The position numbers and the translations under genes were made by a program. A stretch of DNA of 64,000 nucleotides from Pristiophorus japonicus. Taxonomy: Eukaryota. The stretch covers positions 11,470,001 to 11,534,000 of the forward strand of contig NC_091999.1 in assembly GCF_044704955.1 (NCBI RefSeq), read 5' to 3'. Under the pieces are notes generated by a model. It was not told the origin of the DNA and did not search any database. It was given only the letters and a program-made list of their open reading frames with translations. This document shows, piece after piece, positions 1-13,700 of this stretch. Positions within the stretch are counted from its first letter, which is position 1. Every line of letters begins with the position of its first letter.

Positions 1-485
1 GATGGTAAATGAGGTTGGTGAGCTGCAGGTGCAAATAGCCACATGGGAATATGATGTCATGGGGATAAAGGAGACCTGGCTGACAAAAGCACAGGATTGG
101 TTATTAAAAATTCCTGGATATAAATTGTTCAGGAAGATAGTGATGGAAAGAAAGGTATTGCGCTGGCAGTATTGGTTCAGCAGAATGTTACAGTGATGAA
201 GAGAGAGGAACTTCTGGTTGGGTCAAGGATAGAATATATTTGTTTCGAGTTGATAACTAATAGCCGTGCCATTACATTGCTAGATGCATTCACTAGCTGC
301 TAATTAATGGGAAGCATATAGAGAGAGGCATTTTCAGGGAAAATAAAGAGAGGTGCAACAACTATAGAGAAGTGGTAATGGGGGCCTTGAATTATTCTAG
401 TTTAGATTGGCATGGTAATATTAAACAGCAGAGAAGAGGAAGAATTGCAAAATATTTTTAAGAGAACTTTCTTGATCAGATATAC
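1..485 (+). mobile_element. Degenerate CR1 LINE ORF2 endonuclease fragment
   Basis: Translation ...DVMGIKETWL...WLLKIPGYKLFRK and later VVMG.LNY match the APE endonuclease; multiple stops. Confidence 0.75.
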
Positions 486-489
486 CCTG

Positions 490-2455
490 TGTGGGGTATT
501 TCAATATCCACCACTGAGAGTGCCTCGGGAGCACCACGACTGACAGAGCTGATGAAGTCCTGAAACACATAGCTGCCAGATTGGTCTGCGACAGATAGTG
601 AGAAAACCAACTCGCGGAAAAAATCTACTTTGCCACGTCCTCACCAATCTATTTGTCGCAAATGCATCTGCACATGACAGCATTGATAGCATTGACCATG
701 ATACCTTGATTGTTTAGAAACTACGCTAAATGGCATAGATTCAGTACAGATCTTGCAGCTCAAAACTGGTCATCCATGAGGCGCTCTGGACCATCATCAG
801 CAGCAGATCCTGTCACCTCACGGCCCAGCATATCTCTCACACTACCAATATCATCAAGTCAGGTGACCAACCTTGGTTCAATGCTGAGAGTTAAAGAGAA
901 TGCTCAGAGCAACACCGGGCTTAGCTAAAATTAAGGTGTTCACCTGTGGAAACTGCAACACGGGACTGCATTCCTGCGAAAAAGCAGAAACAACATGTCA
1001 GACCAGAGCTAAGCGATCCAACAATCAACGGATCAGAAAAAAGCTCTGCAGTCCTGCCACATCCAGTAGTGAATAGTTGTGGAACATTAAACAAGTAACT
1101 GGAGCAGAAGGTTCCGTGAATATCCGCATCCTCAATGACCACAGAGCCCAGCACGTGAGTGCAACAGAAAAGGCTGAAGCGTTGCAACCACCTTCAGCCA
1201 TTAGTGCCGAGTGGATGATCCATATCGGCCTCCTGCTGAAGCCCCCACTTTCGCATAAGCCAATCGTCTCACTTCATGTGATATCAAGAAAAGACTGCGC
1301 GCACTGGATACAACAAAGGCTATGGGCCCCGACAACAATCCTGCTGTCGTACTGAAGACCTGTTCCAGAACGAACCACGCCTCTAGCCATGCTGTTCCGA
1401 GCATCTACCAATAATGTGGAAAAATGCCTAGTCGTGTCCACAAAACGCAGGAGGAATACAATCCAGCCAATTAACGCCCCACCAGTCTATTCTCAATCAT
1501 CAGTAAAGTGATGGAAAGTGTCGTCGACAGTGCTATCAAGCGACACTCTCCAATAACCTGTTCACCGATGCTCAGTTTGGGTTCCGCCAGGAACACTCCA
1601 TTCCAGACCTCATTACAGCCTTGAACCAAACATAGACAAAAGAGCTGAATGCCAGAGGTGAGATGAGATTGACTGCCCTGGAAATCAAGGCAGTATTTGA
1701 ACAAGCATAACTTCAAGGAGCCATAGTAAAACTGAAGTCAATGGAAATCAGCAGGGGGGTGGTAGGGGGTGGGCGCTCCACTCGCTGAAGGCATACCTCG
1801 TTCAAAGGAATATTGTTGTGGTAGTTGGAGGGCAATCATCACAGCTCCAAGACATCGTTGCAGGATTTCATCATGATGATGTTCTAGGCCCAATCATCTG
1901 CAGCTGCTACATGAAATATTTTCGCTCCATCGTAAGTTACCAAGTGTCGATGTTTACTGTTGACTGCACGGTATTCAATGCCATTCGAAACTCCTCAGAT
2001 AATGAAATGCCCTGGATAACATTCAGGCTTGGGCTGTGAAAATAGCAATTAATATTCGGGTCACAAAAGTGCCAGGTATTGATATCTCCAACACGTGAGA
2101 GTATAACCACCACCCTTGAAATTGAATGGCATTACCATCGCCGAATCAACCACCATCATAACCCTGGGGATCATTATTGACCAGAAACTTAATTGGACCT
2201 GCTACATAAATAATTTGGCAATAAGAGCTGGTGAGAGGTTGTGCATTCTGCGGCGAGTGCCTCACCTCTTCATAACCCAAAGCCTTCCCACCATCTACAA
2301 GGCACAAGTCAGGAGTGCGATGGAGTACTCTCCACTTGCCTGGATGAGTGCAGCTCCAACAACACTCAAGAAGCTCGACACCATCAAGGACAAAGCAACC
2401 TGCTTCATTGACACACCATCCACCACGTTGAACATGATTTCCCTCCACCACTAAC
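490..2455 (+). mobile_element. Decayed CR1/L2-superfamily LINE (second family), endonuclease to RT/C-terminus
   Basis: Frameshifted motifs such as GDVLGP-like VLGPIICSCY, LGIIIDQKLNW and MEYSPLAWMSAAPTTLKKLDTI. Confidence 0.8.
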
Positions 2456-2464
2456 AAACCTCCA

Positions 2465-2780
2465 ACAACACTCTGGGAGTGTTTCATGGGAATGTGCAGA
2501 AAAGCTTTACTCTGTATCTAACCCGCGCTGTATCTGCTCTGGGTGTGTTTGTTGGGAATGTATAGACAGAAATTTACTCTGTATTTAACTTGTGCTATAC
2601 TTAAATGATGAGTCATTTTGGCGACAGTATAGAAGATTTACACATTCTGAACTCAATGCTTGAGTGTCTACTGGAACGCAGTAAATATGAATTTACATTT
2701 CATTTAACCTATGCTATATCTGAGGGCAAAGCTTTTAGTGGGGCAGCATGAAAGGTGCTTTACTCTGCATCTGACCGGCG
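2465..2780. repeat. Degenerate ~60-bp minisatellite (core gctttactctgtatctaac)
   Basis: Recurring tttactctgtatctaacc...tgctata units, about 5 diverged copies. Confidence 0.65.
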
Positions 2781-2784
2781 TTAG

Positions 2785-4425
2785 ACACATAGAAACCTAG
2801 CAAATTGGAGCAGTAGTAGGCCATTCACCCTTTGGAGTCTGCACTGCCATTCAATATGATCATGTCTGAACCTCTATCTCAACACCATATTCCTGCTTTT
2901 CCCCCATACTCCTTGATATATTTTGTTTCTAGACAGCCTTCTGTGGTAGAGAATTCCACAGGCTCACCACACTCTGAGCGAAACAATTTCTCCTCATTTC
3001 GATCTTAAATTTTCTACACCATATTCTGAGATGTGACCCCTTATTCAAGACTTCCCAGCCAGGGGAAGCATCACCCCCTCCTCCCCCCCCCCCACCCCCG
3101 CATCCAATCTATCCATCCCAATCAGAATTTTATACGTTTCAATTAGATCTCCTCTCATTCTTCTAAACTCGAGTGAATACAAGCCGAGTCTACTCAATCT
3201 CTCCTCATACGACAGTCCTGCTATTCCAGGCATCAGACTGGTGAACCTTCGCTGCACTCTCTCTATAGCAAGTATATCCTTTCTTATGTAAGAAGACCCA
3301 AACTGCATACAGTACTACAGGTGTTGTCTCACCAAGGCCCTGCCTAATTGTAGTAAGACATCCTTGCTCCTGCACTCAAATCCTCTTGCAATGAAGGTCA
3401 ACATATGGTGTTCCTTCCTAACTGCTTGCTGCACCTGCATGCTTACTTTCACTGACTGGTGTACAAGGACATCAGGTCCCTCTGTACATCAACACGTCCC
3501 AGCCATTACCATTTAAATAATACTTTGTCCTTATGTTTTTCCTAACAAAGTGGATAAGTTCTCATTTTTACACGTTATATTGTACCAGCCATGTGTTTTC
3601 CCACTCACTCAACCTATCTAAATCGCCTCGCAGTATCTTTGCATCTCCCTCGCAACTCACAATCCCACCTAGTTTTGTGTCATCAGCAAACGTGGGAATG
3701 TTACATTTGGTTCCCGCATCCAAATCATTTATATATATTGTGAATAGATGGGGCCCAAGCAGTGATCCCTGTGGTACCCCACTAGTCCCTGCCCGCCACC
3801 CCGAAAAAGACCCATTTATTCCTACTCTCTGTTTGCTGTCAGTTAACAAATTAACAATCCATGCCAATACATTACCTCAATCCTATGTGCTTTAATTTTG
3901 CACACTAACCTCTTACGCGGAATCCAAATACAGCACATCTACTGGTTCTCCCTTATCTATTCTATCAGTTACATCCTCAAAACACTCCAGTAGTTTTCCT
4001 TTCATAAATCCATGTCATGTTGACTTTGTTTAATCCTGTTGATATTTTCTAAGTGTGCCATTATCACATCCTTTAAAATAGACTCTAGCATATTCCCTAC
4101 TATTGATGTTAGGCTAACCGAGCTCTAGTTCTCGGTTTTCTCCCTCCCTCCTTTTTTAAATACCTTGGTTATATTTGCCACCCTTGAATCTGCGGGAACA
4201 TTTTCCATAATCTAAAGAATTTTGGAAGATGACAACCAATGCATCGACAATGTCCATGGTTACCACTTTTAGTACTCTGGGTGACAGATCATCAGACCCT
4301 GTGGATGTATTGGCTTTCAGTCCTATTAGTTTCTCCAGCACTATTTTGTTACTAATAATCATTTACTTTAATTACTCTTGCTCACTAGACCATTGGTTCC
4401 CTAGAATTTCTGGGACGTTGTTTGG
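2785..4425 (-). mobile_element. 5'-truncated CR1 LINE (RT to 3' tail)
   Basis: Minus-strand ORFs contain SGVPQGSLLGP, FADDTKL and RRMRGDLIETYKI; the tail lies near 2785. Confidence 0.9.
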
Positions 4426-4553
4426 GAACTTTGCATGGTTTGTGGGGCAGTATGCACAACGCCTTACACTTCCCTTTAGAAAGTGATAACTGACAAATAA
4501 TCGCTTGGACAAAAAGAATAAGATCAAAAGATAGAGAAAAATACACATTCACT

Positions 4554-4588
<35 letters not shown>

Positions 4589-4675
4589 GAATATAGAGCG
4601 AGAGACAGTGAGAGCGGACAGACAGAAACAGAGGAAAAGAAAGTGTGAGACAGAGAAAGACAGAGAGAGAGAATG
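4554..4675. repeat. (GA)n microsatellite and purine-rich tract
   Basis: Directly visible. Confidence 0.9.
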
Positions 4676-4919
4676 GACACATTTAATATTCATCTATAAC
4701 CACCCCCACCCCTCGCTGCCCCAGCAAAATTGTTATTAACGCTTCAAACATTTTGATTTTCCACTTCCTTCGATTTCGTTTGACACTTCTCCTGATTGGC
4801 TGGATGGACTTTCAGAAACATGTCTCTCAGGGTGGTGCAATCACTAGAAAGCACATTTTGCTTGAAATGGAGGTCAGAGGCTGCCTGTGCAGGAACACAT
4901 CCAATGCCCCAAACACCGC

Positions 4920-6108
4920 ATAATAAATAAATAAAACACCTTACATATTTAAAACGAATTGAAGTTAAATGTCATTAAATATTTTAGAAAAAATAAAATA
5001 TTTTGGCGAATTTTTTTACTGGGTCTAAAATTGAGGTCAGAGGTATCCTATGTACGAATACCTGCGACCCGAACAAAATCTACGAATCTACTTGATGGTC
5101 CCGGAGAAACATAGGATTGCGTTCAGAGGGCCAGAGTCGCTGTGCATCGCTGGAGTCACGTGGGCCTGGACAACCAATAACGATGCAGTAATCTTATTGA
5201 TAATAGTGGGAACTCTGTGCGCGTTCCCAAAACTCTCAATGAGAAAAAACCTAAAACACACAAACACAACATGATAAATCAGTAAAAAACCTCACATATT
5301 TGAAATTAATTGAAATTAAAGTTACATAAATGTTTTAGAAAAAAAAGTATTTTTTGGAAATGTATTTTGTGTTTTAATACAGTTTAAATTAAACTTACCT
5401 TTATGGGCAGGATTTTTAACATCAATTGTGTTTTTAAATGTAATTTTTGTATGTTTTGGAACTATCACACTGAGAAAAGTAGGCTATGCACCTGCTTTCA
5501 CCAGGCATAACATTTTGAAGGACATTGGCTGGGCGTGAGATGGGTAATTAGCCCAATCTCGGCTATGCGAATGTGCTTCCTGTTTGGATGTATTCAGTCT
5601 GTCAAGACAAATCTTGCAGATTGGAAAAGCCAGTTTTCGGTGCATGCACATTGCACCCTTAAACTGGCATTTACTAGGCCTCGCTGGGTCCATGCACACT
5701 TCATACGGACCGAGTGAGGCTTGAAATTTAGCCCCGATTTTGTTTGAATAGGGTGAAAATTAAACTTACCTTAATGGACAGAGATTTTATTACAGGAACG
5801 TATATTTAAATTTAAGTTTTAGCTGTTTTAAAACTCTTACATTGGTAAAAGTAGGCAATGCACCTGCTTTCAACAGGAGTAAAAATTTCAAGCACATTCG
5901 CTGGGCATGAGTTGGGCAAATTGCCCAATCTTTCCCACACGCATGTCCTTCTCCCGGCAATGTGGAGGACTTGTCAGACAAAATCTTGACAGATCAGAAA
6001 ACCCAGCTTTCAGCACATGTGCATCGCACCCTGAAAACTGGAATTTTCAAGGCCATGCCAGGTCAGTGCGCATTTTGTATCGGCCCGGTGAGGCCAGAAT
6101 TTGGGCCT
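4920..6108. mobile_element. MITE-like/non-autonomous element fragments with a ~370-bp tandem duplication (5385-5735 vs 5757-6108)
   Basis: Both units start aaattaaacttacctt, share aaaagtaggc.atgcacctgctttca, and end aatttagcccc / aatttgggcc. Confidence 0.55.
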
Positions 6109-6189
6109 TGTGTTTCAACCTTTGTCACAAACACAAATCTCAGGCTGGTACAACCAGTAGAAAGCACATTGCATTTTAATCTTTGTCAT

Positions 6190-6582
6190 ATCTCATAGAA
6201 ACGTTTAAAATTCTAATGGGTTTGGACAGGTTAGATGCAGGAAGAATGTTCCCAACGTTGGGGAAGTCCGGAAGCAGGGGTCACAGTCTAAAGATAAGCG
6301 GTAAGCCATTTAGGACCGAGATGAGGAGAAACGTCACCAGAGAGTGTTGAACCTGTGGAATTCACTACCACAGAAAGTTGTGGAGGTCAATTTACTAAAT
6401 ATATTCAAAAAGGAGTTAGATGTAGTCCTTATTACTCGGGAGATCAAAGGGTATGGCGAGAAAGCAGGAATGGGGTACTGAAGTTGCATGTTCAGCCATG
6501 AACTCATTGAATGGTGGTGCAGGCTCGAAGGGCCGAATGGCCTACCCCTGCACCTATTTTCTATGTTTCTATGTTTCTATGA
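6190..6582 (+). mobile_element. CR1 LINE 3' end
   Basis: ctcatagaaacgtttaaaatt... ending in a (tatgtttc)n tail. Confidence 0.9.
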
Positions 6583-7228
6583 GTCTCAGGCTCTTACAAC
6601 AAACAGAAGGCTTTGGCCCATAAATCCCGGCCCTCTGGTTCCCGCAGGTGCTCGACAGAAAAAGGTAAAAAAATGAGCACCTACCTTTTCCTGCTGTGCC
6701 CACTGGCGATCTCGGTTCTGAGGCCTCCTCGCTCTGTGCATCGGAGCGTGTGTACGTCGGCACATCCGTCGGCTGCAGCTGGAGTCACATGGCACAGGGC
6801 AGCCAATCCAGATACAGTATTTTCTCAGTGATGAATCAGTACAGCTCCACATTGAACACCACTTGGAAGAAGAAACAAGACACATCGATAGCACTATGGC
6901 TGGCCGAGTTGGCCAAGTCTTGAAGAACATAGGAATTGCAGAATTATTAAATTAATCAATAGTTATCGTAATTTTCATCAGTGACGTGTGTTGAAACCAG
7001 CGACTGCAAATAGCGGTGGCAAATAGAACAAAACTACAACCAATCCGAATGTTCTGCAGGTACAAAGCTCAATTACACTTCATAAACCTGTGAAATTATT
7101 AAACTCTAAGCGATTAGATTAATAATCATAAATATGGGAAGAAACAACTTCACGCTAACTTATATTCAGAAAGTGTCAGTCACGATTGGTTGATGTAAGG
7201 GGACCAGCGGTGAGTATCCGCGCTCTGG

Positions 7229-7246
7229 CAGCGCCATCTGGTGGCC
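7229..7246 (-). promoter_or_regulatory. CTCF-binding-element-like motif ~40 bp downstream of a V RSS
   Basis: Minus strand reads GGCCACCAGATGGCGCTG, matching the CTCF core consensus CCASYAGRKGGCRS. Confidence 0.7.
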
Positions 7247-7286
7247 GGTTTTAACGTGTCCTCTTTCAGCTGATCTTGAAGAACAA

Positions 7287-7325
7287 GGTCTCTGTCCAAG
7301 GTTTTCCGAGGCACTTCTCACTGAG
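7287..7325 (-). other. 23-RSS with defective heptamer
   Basis: CTCAGTG-AGAAGTGCCTCGGAAAACCTTGG(23)-ACAGAGACC; the essential CAC is changed to CTC. Confidence 0.85.
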
Positions 7326-8110
7326 GGCCTCAGTGCACAGTAGTACATGGCGCTATCTGCCAGCTGCAGCTCAGTCAGGTGGAAAGCACTGATAGTTTTC
7401 GATTTTTCCAGAATAACAGAGAAACGGCCTTTAACGTCGCCCTTTACAAAAGAATGTGCCTGAATTACAAAAGTAGGTGCCGTGTTATAGCTCTGACGAT
7501 AAAGCTGCAGGCAATAGTTCAATTCTGAGGTTGAATAGTTACAATTAATGGTCATCGAGTTTACTTCCGGATATTGGACTTCTGTTGACCATTGTTTGAT
7601 GAAATCTCCAGAAATCAGTCCTGCAGAAAGCAATGAAACAGATGGAGGAACATATCAGGCATTTCTCTTTCTTTAAGAATATATCGTCGATTTCTCTGTG
7701 TATGGACAGGGCGAGAAAGGGAAGGAGAGAGAAAAACGCTCTAATTAATGGAATTATCTTGATAGATTGAGAGGTGGATCAATAGGGAGACAGAGAGAAA
7801 GGGAGATAAACAGACAGAGCGAGAGAGTTGGAGAGAGAGAAAAATACAGAGAGTGACACACAGAGAGACAGAGAGAAACAGGCCGATAGACAGGCAGAGA
7901 GACACGGAGAACTACAGAGAAACAGAGAGACGGAGAGATACAGACAGATAACAAAGAACGAGACAGAGAGGTTGATAGATCTCGAGATCGATTAATAGAA
8001 CGTAGTTGTGTTAATAGTGGAGTGGACAGACAGAGACAGATGTATAATTAAATAAACTAACCAAATAACAAAGGTGTTAGGCCCGCAATAACGAAACACC
8101 CAAGCTCCAT
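7326..8110 (-). CDS. TRAV: TCR alpha/delta V gene segment (leader exon 8110-8062, V exon 7620-7326); open frame, W41L, probably non-rearranging because of the heptamer
   Basis: Leader MELGCFVIAGLTPLLF-G|gttagt; acceptor tttctgcag; V reads GDFIKQ...INCNYST...LQLYRQ...GRFSV...DSAMYYCALRP; followed by a 23-RSS. Confidence 0.9.
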
Positions 8111-8224
8111 AATGGCCGCAGTCTCCGGACATTGGGACACCACACTTCACCCGGTGCCTCCTCTCAGCTGCAGCTTTCCGACTGAAGGGGAAAATTTGAA
8201 ATGTTTCTTTCAGCATACGGAGAC

Positions 8225-8237
8225 CGCGTCATTTCCT
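8225..8237 (-). promoter_or_regulatory. ETS/CRE-like composite element in a V promoter
   Basis: AGGAAATGACGCG ~115 bp upstream of the ATG; conserved as AGGAAATGACGAG in the paralog near 30652. Confidence 0.45.
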
Positions 8238-8689
8238 CAATCAAACCAAGGGCATGGTTGCAATGAGCTGCTAGTGATCATTGTCGCTGTCTGTGTTTAT
8301 CATCATTGTCCGCCGCCCCAGCACACAGGCTTCATGTGCTGTTCTGCTTCATCTGAATATCCGATCCCGGGAATTGGTGAGGATGCTGTCTGACTATTAT
8401 CGGTCTCACCCACAATTTCATGGACACATCATGGTCAGAAAGAGCGAAAAAACCTTCGATCAGGATTATTTTTTAATAGGATTCCAATTTGTCTGTTAAT
8501 GTTTCAAGGTTAACGTGGAATTGGTTGAATGGTTTCCTTGTGCAGAAGAAAAACTCAATTTGACACAAAAGAAAATCTGACATAATGCTGTCCCAATGTC
8601 TTCTATTTTCTTTCGATTTTTAAAACAGGCACCATGTGCTTCCCCCCCCCCCCCCACTCGCCCCCGCAAACTCACCCCCGCCCCCCGCC

Positions 8690-9125
8690 ATGTTCCTCAT
8701 TGATAATAACGGTCCTGCGTCCAGGTCAGTATATGTTCCAGGTGTTATATTTACTCCTAGACACATTCTGTATTGTTTTACAAGTCGAGTGTCAAAACTT
8801 CAGTGTCTCAGGATCTGTCTGAAATAATAGTTTAGGAAGGACAGACCATAATAATCAACTGTTTCCTCCACATCCGATAATTCTCCCTACCTCTTCTAGT
8901 ACATTAAGTATCGCGGGAAACTCCGTGATATGTATTGAATAGATACGGCAAGGGGCAGGAGTATCGGTCTCCAGATTTCCATGACCAGTTGTCTACTGTT
9001 TTGAAACAAGGGAAGAAGAAGGTTTCTTTAAGTATGGCCGGGGCTCTTACGTCTGACTCTGCCGTGTATCACTGTGCGCTACACCCGACACTGTTACAGG
9101 GGCATAGTCAATCCGTGCAAAAATC
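8690..9125 (+). pseudogene. TRAV/DV pseudogene with degenerate 23-RSS
   Basis: SVSQDLSEIIV*EGQTIIINC, SPYLF*Y and DSAVYHCALHP with frameshifts; RSS GACACTG-23-GCAAAAATC at 9087-9125. Confidence 0.85.
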
Positions 9126-9671
9126 AGTGAAGGACTCTAAACCCCTCTCAATGAATCAGATCTGGGACCTGAATTTTGATCTAATAGTAAAACGGCAACC
9201 AAACTATAAAGACCTGTTGGCCCGAATGGCCTTTTCTGTGCTGCACCTCCATGTCATTCTACCTAATATCTCCTATTATATTGGCTGTAGGTAGCTCTCA
9301 TGCTCTGGTAATTGGACGCTCCCGCACTGAACTACGTCTATTCACAGCCCTCACCTCAGAGACTGACTTACTAAATTGCCAACATTGCGTTCAACACCCG
9401 TCCAATTCTCTGTTTTGAGGAGAACAATTTCATTTTGTTCCCCTTTCCCTGCCCTGCCGTCATGAACTGGAGAACAAAGGACCTGTGAGCTTATTGGAAG
9501 AGTTGAAGAACAAAGGAAGTATGAGTTGATTGGATGCCACCTGTTGACTCTGATAGCAATGAACCAATCGGCAGAGAGATCGGATATTACTCGCTATCTT
9601 ACCAACACTTGACTAAAACAAATACAAGTTCGACCTGATCTGTTTGCATTCGGTATCAACTCTCGGCAAAC

Positions 9672-10161
9672 ATGTCTTTTGTTTCATTTTATTCATTTGT
9701 CACAGCTGCAGCTCTCTTAACTGGTAAGTTTACAAGTTACACACACTTCATTGTGCAGGTGTCACGAAAGTAGAGAATGTTCATTTCAACTGTGTTTTCT
9801 ATTTGTAATGTATTCCGTCACCGGATAAAGTTCTGTATTTCTAAATTTCTGCAGGTGTTAGTGATGCAGACTCGATCTCACAGAGGCCAAATAATGCGAT
9901 ACAGTTTGAAGGAGACTCGATGACAATTAATTACAGCTATTCGACCACTTCTACTTTCTATTCCTTACAACTGTACCGTCAGGACCGGGACAAAGGCCCC
10001 ACAATCTTAATCTTCATCCCATCTGTTGGGGATGTTTTCAGAGCAGAGGGCGTGGGGGTTCGAATTTCTGCTTCTCTCGACGCTGCTAAAAGTGAGGGAA
10101 ATTTCAACATCAGCGGCCTGCAGCTGCCTGACAGCGCGGTTTATTACTGTGGGCTGAGAGA
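9672..10161 (+). CDS. TRAV: TCR alpha/delta V gene segment (leader 9672-9723, V exon 9855-10161); open frame but Cys23>Tyr and Trp41>Leu
   Basis: Leader MSFVSFYSFVTAAALLT-G|gtaagt; acceptor tttctgcag; DSISQRP...MTINYSYST...LQLYRQ...DSAVYYCGLR. Confidence 0.9.
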
Positions 10162-10200
10162 CACAGTGACAAGAACCAAAGGTTGCCTCATACAAAAACA
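10162..10200 (+). other. Near-consensus 23-RSS
   Basis: CACAGTG-ACAAGAACCAAAGGTTGCCTCAT(23)-ACAAAAACA. Confidence 0.95.
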
Positions 10201-10769
10201 CTGCCAGTACGTGTCAAGTTCAATGGAATAGCAGTCAAAGTGGGGACTTACGGGGATTTTCTAAACTTGCCACCAGAAGATGTTGATTTACAATACATCC
10301 AAAGAGACAGCAAGACAAGAGCAACAGATGCAGCATTGGGGGAAATATATTCTTGTCCTCCTAGGTTGCATACATCAGGAACAAAGTTAAAAGAGGTGGT
10401 TCGAGAATTTATACCAGTACATAAATTATAGATAATGCAGCAAATCCAGTAGAAGCACTATCACGCTATTGGAATGCGCTGATTGGGTGAAGGAAATATG
10501 ATCAAAATCTTTGCATTTGCATAAAGCTTTAACCATTTCAGATTTCCCAAAACGCTTCTGGTGTGTCATCAAGTAAACATTGAGTTGCACTGATTTGTAT
10601 GTGAACAAATCGCCTATTGTGATTACTTGGATTCAATTACATTTTGAAACTTGTTTTATTTGTGTTACTTGCATCTCCTTTTATAGGAAGCACTGTTTAA
10701 TTCTTCTTTAAGTACTAATGATGAGGATACGGCGAAATTAACCTTTCTTGTATTTATATGGCGTTGCCT

Positions 10770-13700
10770 TGTGCAAAAACGGTCCGGTGCCAACGATTTA
10801 GGTAAAAAAAAACGGGATGAGGTCCTACAAGCTGAATTTAGGGAGCTACGAGTTAAATTAAAAAGTAGGACCTCAAAGGTAGTAATCTCAGGATTGCTAC
10901 CAGTGCCACGTGATGGTCAGAGTAGGAATCACAGGATCGATGATTACGTGGCCTGAGGAGTGGTGCAGAAGGGAGGGATTCAAATTCCTGGAAATTGAAA
11001 CCTGTTCTGGGGAAGGTGGAACCAATATAAACCGGACGGTCTGCACCTGGGCAGGACCCGAACCAAAGTGCTAGGGGGAGTGTTTGCTCGTACTGTTGGG
11101 GAGATGTTAAACTAATATGGCAGGGGGATGGGAACCTATGCAGGGAGGCAGAACTAAGTAAAATAGGGGGAGAAGCAAAAGACAGAAGGACGAAAAGTAA
11201 AAGTGGAGGGCAGAGAAACGCAAGGCACAAATCAAAAATGGCCACATTGCAGCAAAATTCTAAAAGGGCAAAGTGTTTTAAAAAGACAAGCCTGAAGGCT
11301 CTGTGCCTCAATGTGAGGAGTATCCGTAAAAAGGTGGATGAATTAACTGCCAAGGCAGCAATTAATGAATATGATATCACTGTCATCACGGAGACATGGC
11401 TCCAGGGTGACCAAGGCTGGAAACTCAACATGCAGGGATATTCAGCATTCAGGAAGGATAGACAGAAATGAAAAGGATCTGGGGTAGCGTTGCTGGTTAA
11501 GAGGAAATTAACGCAATAGTAAGGAAGGACATCAGCTTGGATGATATGGAATCTGTATGCGTGGAGTTGCGGAATAACAAAGGGCAGAAAACGCTAGTGG
11601 GAGTTGTGTACAGACCACCAAATAGTAGTAGTGAGGTTGGGGACAGCATCAAACAAGAAATGACGGATGCGTGCAATAAATGTACTGCCGTTATCATACC
11701 CGTCTTTAATCTACATATAGATTGGGCTAACCAAACTGGTAACAGTATGATGGAGGATCATTTCCTTGAATGTATTATGGATAGTTTTCTGGAACAATAT
11801 GTTGAGGAACGGACTAGACGGCTGGCCATCCTAGACTGGGTGATGCATAATGAGAAAGGCGTAATTAGCAATCTTGTTGTGCGAGGCCCCTTGGGGAAGA
11901 GTGACCATAATATGATAGAATTCCTTATTAAGATGGAGAATGACACAGTTCATTCAGAGACTAGGGTCCTGAACTTAAGGAAAGATAATTTCGATGGTAT
12001 GAGACGTAAATTGGCTAGAATAGACTGGAAAATGATACTTAGAGGTTTGACGGTGAATAGGCAATGGCAAATATTTAAAGGTGACATGAATGAACTTCAA
12101 CAACTGTACATCACTGTCTGGAGTAAAAATAAAACGGGGAAGGTGGCTCAACCGTGGCTAACAAGGGAAATGAATGATAGTGCTAAATCGAAGGAAGAGG
12201 CACATAAATTGCCAGAAAAAGAAGTAATTCTGAGGACTGGGAGAAATTTAGAATTCAGCAGAACGGTACAAAGGGTTTAATTAGGAGTTGGAAAAAAGAA
12301 TATGAGAGGAAACGTGCCGGGAACATAACAACTGACTGCAAATGCTTCTATAGATATGTGAAGAGAAAAAGATTAATGAAAACAAACGTAGGTCCCTGGC
12401 ATTCAGATTCAAGTGAATTTATAATGGGGCACAAAGAAATGGCAGACCAGTTGAAGAAATGCTTTGGTTCTGTCTTCACGAAGAAAGAACCAAATAACCT
12501 TTCGGAAGTACGAGGGGGCTGAGGGTCTTGAGCGAAGGAGGAACAGAAGGATATCGATATAAGGCGGAACATTTTGTTCGGGAAATTGATGAGATTGAAG
12601 GCCAATGAATCCGTGGGCCCGATAGTCTGCATCTTAGAGTACTTAAGGAAGCGGCCCTAGAAATAGTGGATGCATTGGTGATCATTTTCCAACATCTATC
12701 GACTCTGGATCAGTTCCTATGAACTGGAGGGTAGCTAATGTAACACCACTTTTTTAAAAGGAGGGTGAGAGAAAACGGGTAATTATCGACTGGTTAGCCT
12801 GACATCAGTAGTGGGGAAAATATTGAAATCAATAATTAATGATGAAATAACGGCGCATTTGGAAAGCAGTGACAGGATCAGTCCAATCAGCACGGATTTA
12901 TTAAAGGGAAATCATGCTTGACAAGTCTTCTGGAATTTTTTGAGGATGTAACTAGTAGAGTGGATAAGGGAGAACCAGTGGATATGGTGTATTTGGACAT
13001 TCAAAAGGCTTTTGACATGTTCCCACACAAGAGATTGTTTTGCAAAATTAAAGCACATGATATTGGGGTAATGTACTGCCGTGGATAGAGAACTGGTTGG
13101 CAGACAGGAAGCAGAGAGTCGGGATAAATGGGTCCTTTTCAGAATGGCAGGCAGTGACTAGTGAGGTGCCGCTGGGCTCAGTGCTGGGACCCTAGCTATT
13201 TAGAAAATACATTAATGGTTTCGATGAAGGAATTGAGTGTAATATATCCAAGTTTGCAGATGACACTAAACTGCGTGGCGTTGTGAGCTGTGAGGAATAA
13301 GCTAAGCGGCTGCAGAGTGACTTGCACATGTTAGGTTAGTGGGCAAATGCATGGCAGATGCGTTATAATGTGGTTAAATGTGAGGTTATCCACTTTGGGG
13401 GCAAAAACATGAAGGCAGAATATTATCTGAATGGCGCCAGATTAGGCAAAGGGGAGGTGCAACGAGACCTGCCTGTCATGATGCATCAGTCATTGAAAGA
13501 TTGCATGCAGGTACAGCAGGCGGTGAAGAATGCAAATCGTATGTTGGTCTTCACAGGTAGGTTTTTTTGAGTATAGGAGCAGGAATGTCTTACTGCAGTT
13601 GTACAGGGCCTTGGTGAGGCCTCACCTGGAATATTGTGTTCAGTTTGGTCTCCGAATCTGAGGAAGGACGTTCTGACTATTGAAGGAGTGCAGCGAAGGT

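Noticed and set aside
6586-6930. Cys-rich ORF or a possible V relic (LQLQPTDVPTY...CACAGAG)
   Set aside because: No YYC motif, no nonamer at the correct spacing and no recognisable framework
7326-7620. Extra CDR1 Cys suggesting a NAR-TCR supporting V-delta
   Set aside because: The gene has its own leader exon, no NAR-TCR V-D-J cluster lies upstream, and its close paralog has Ser at that position
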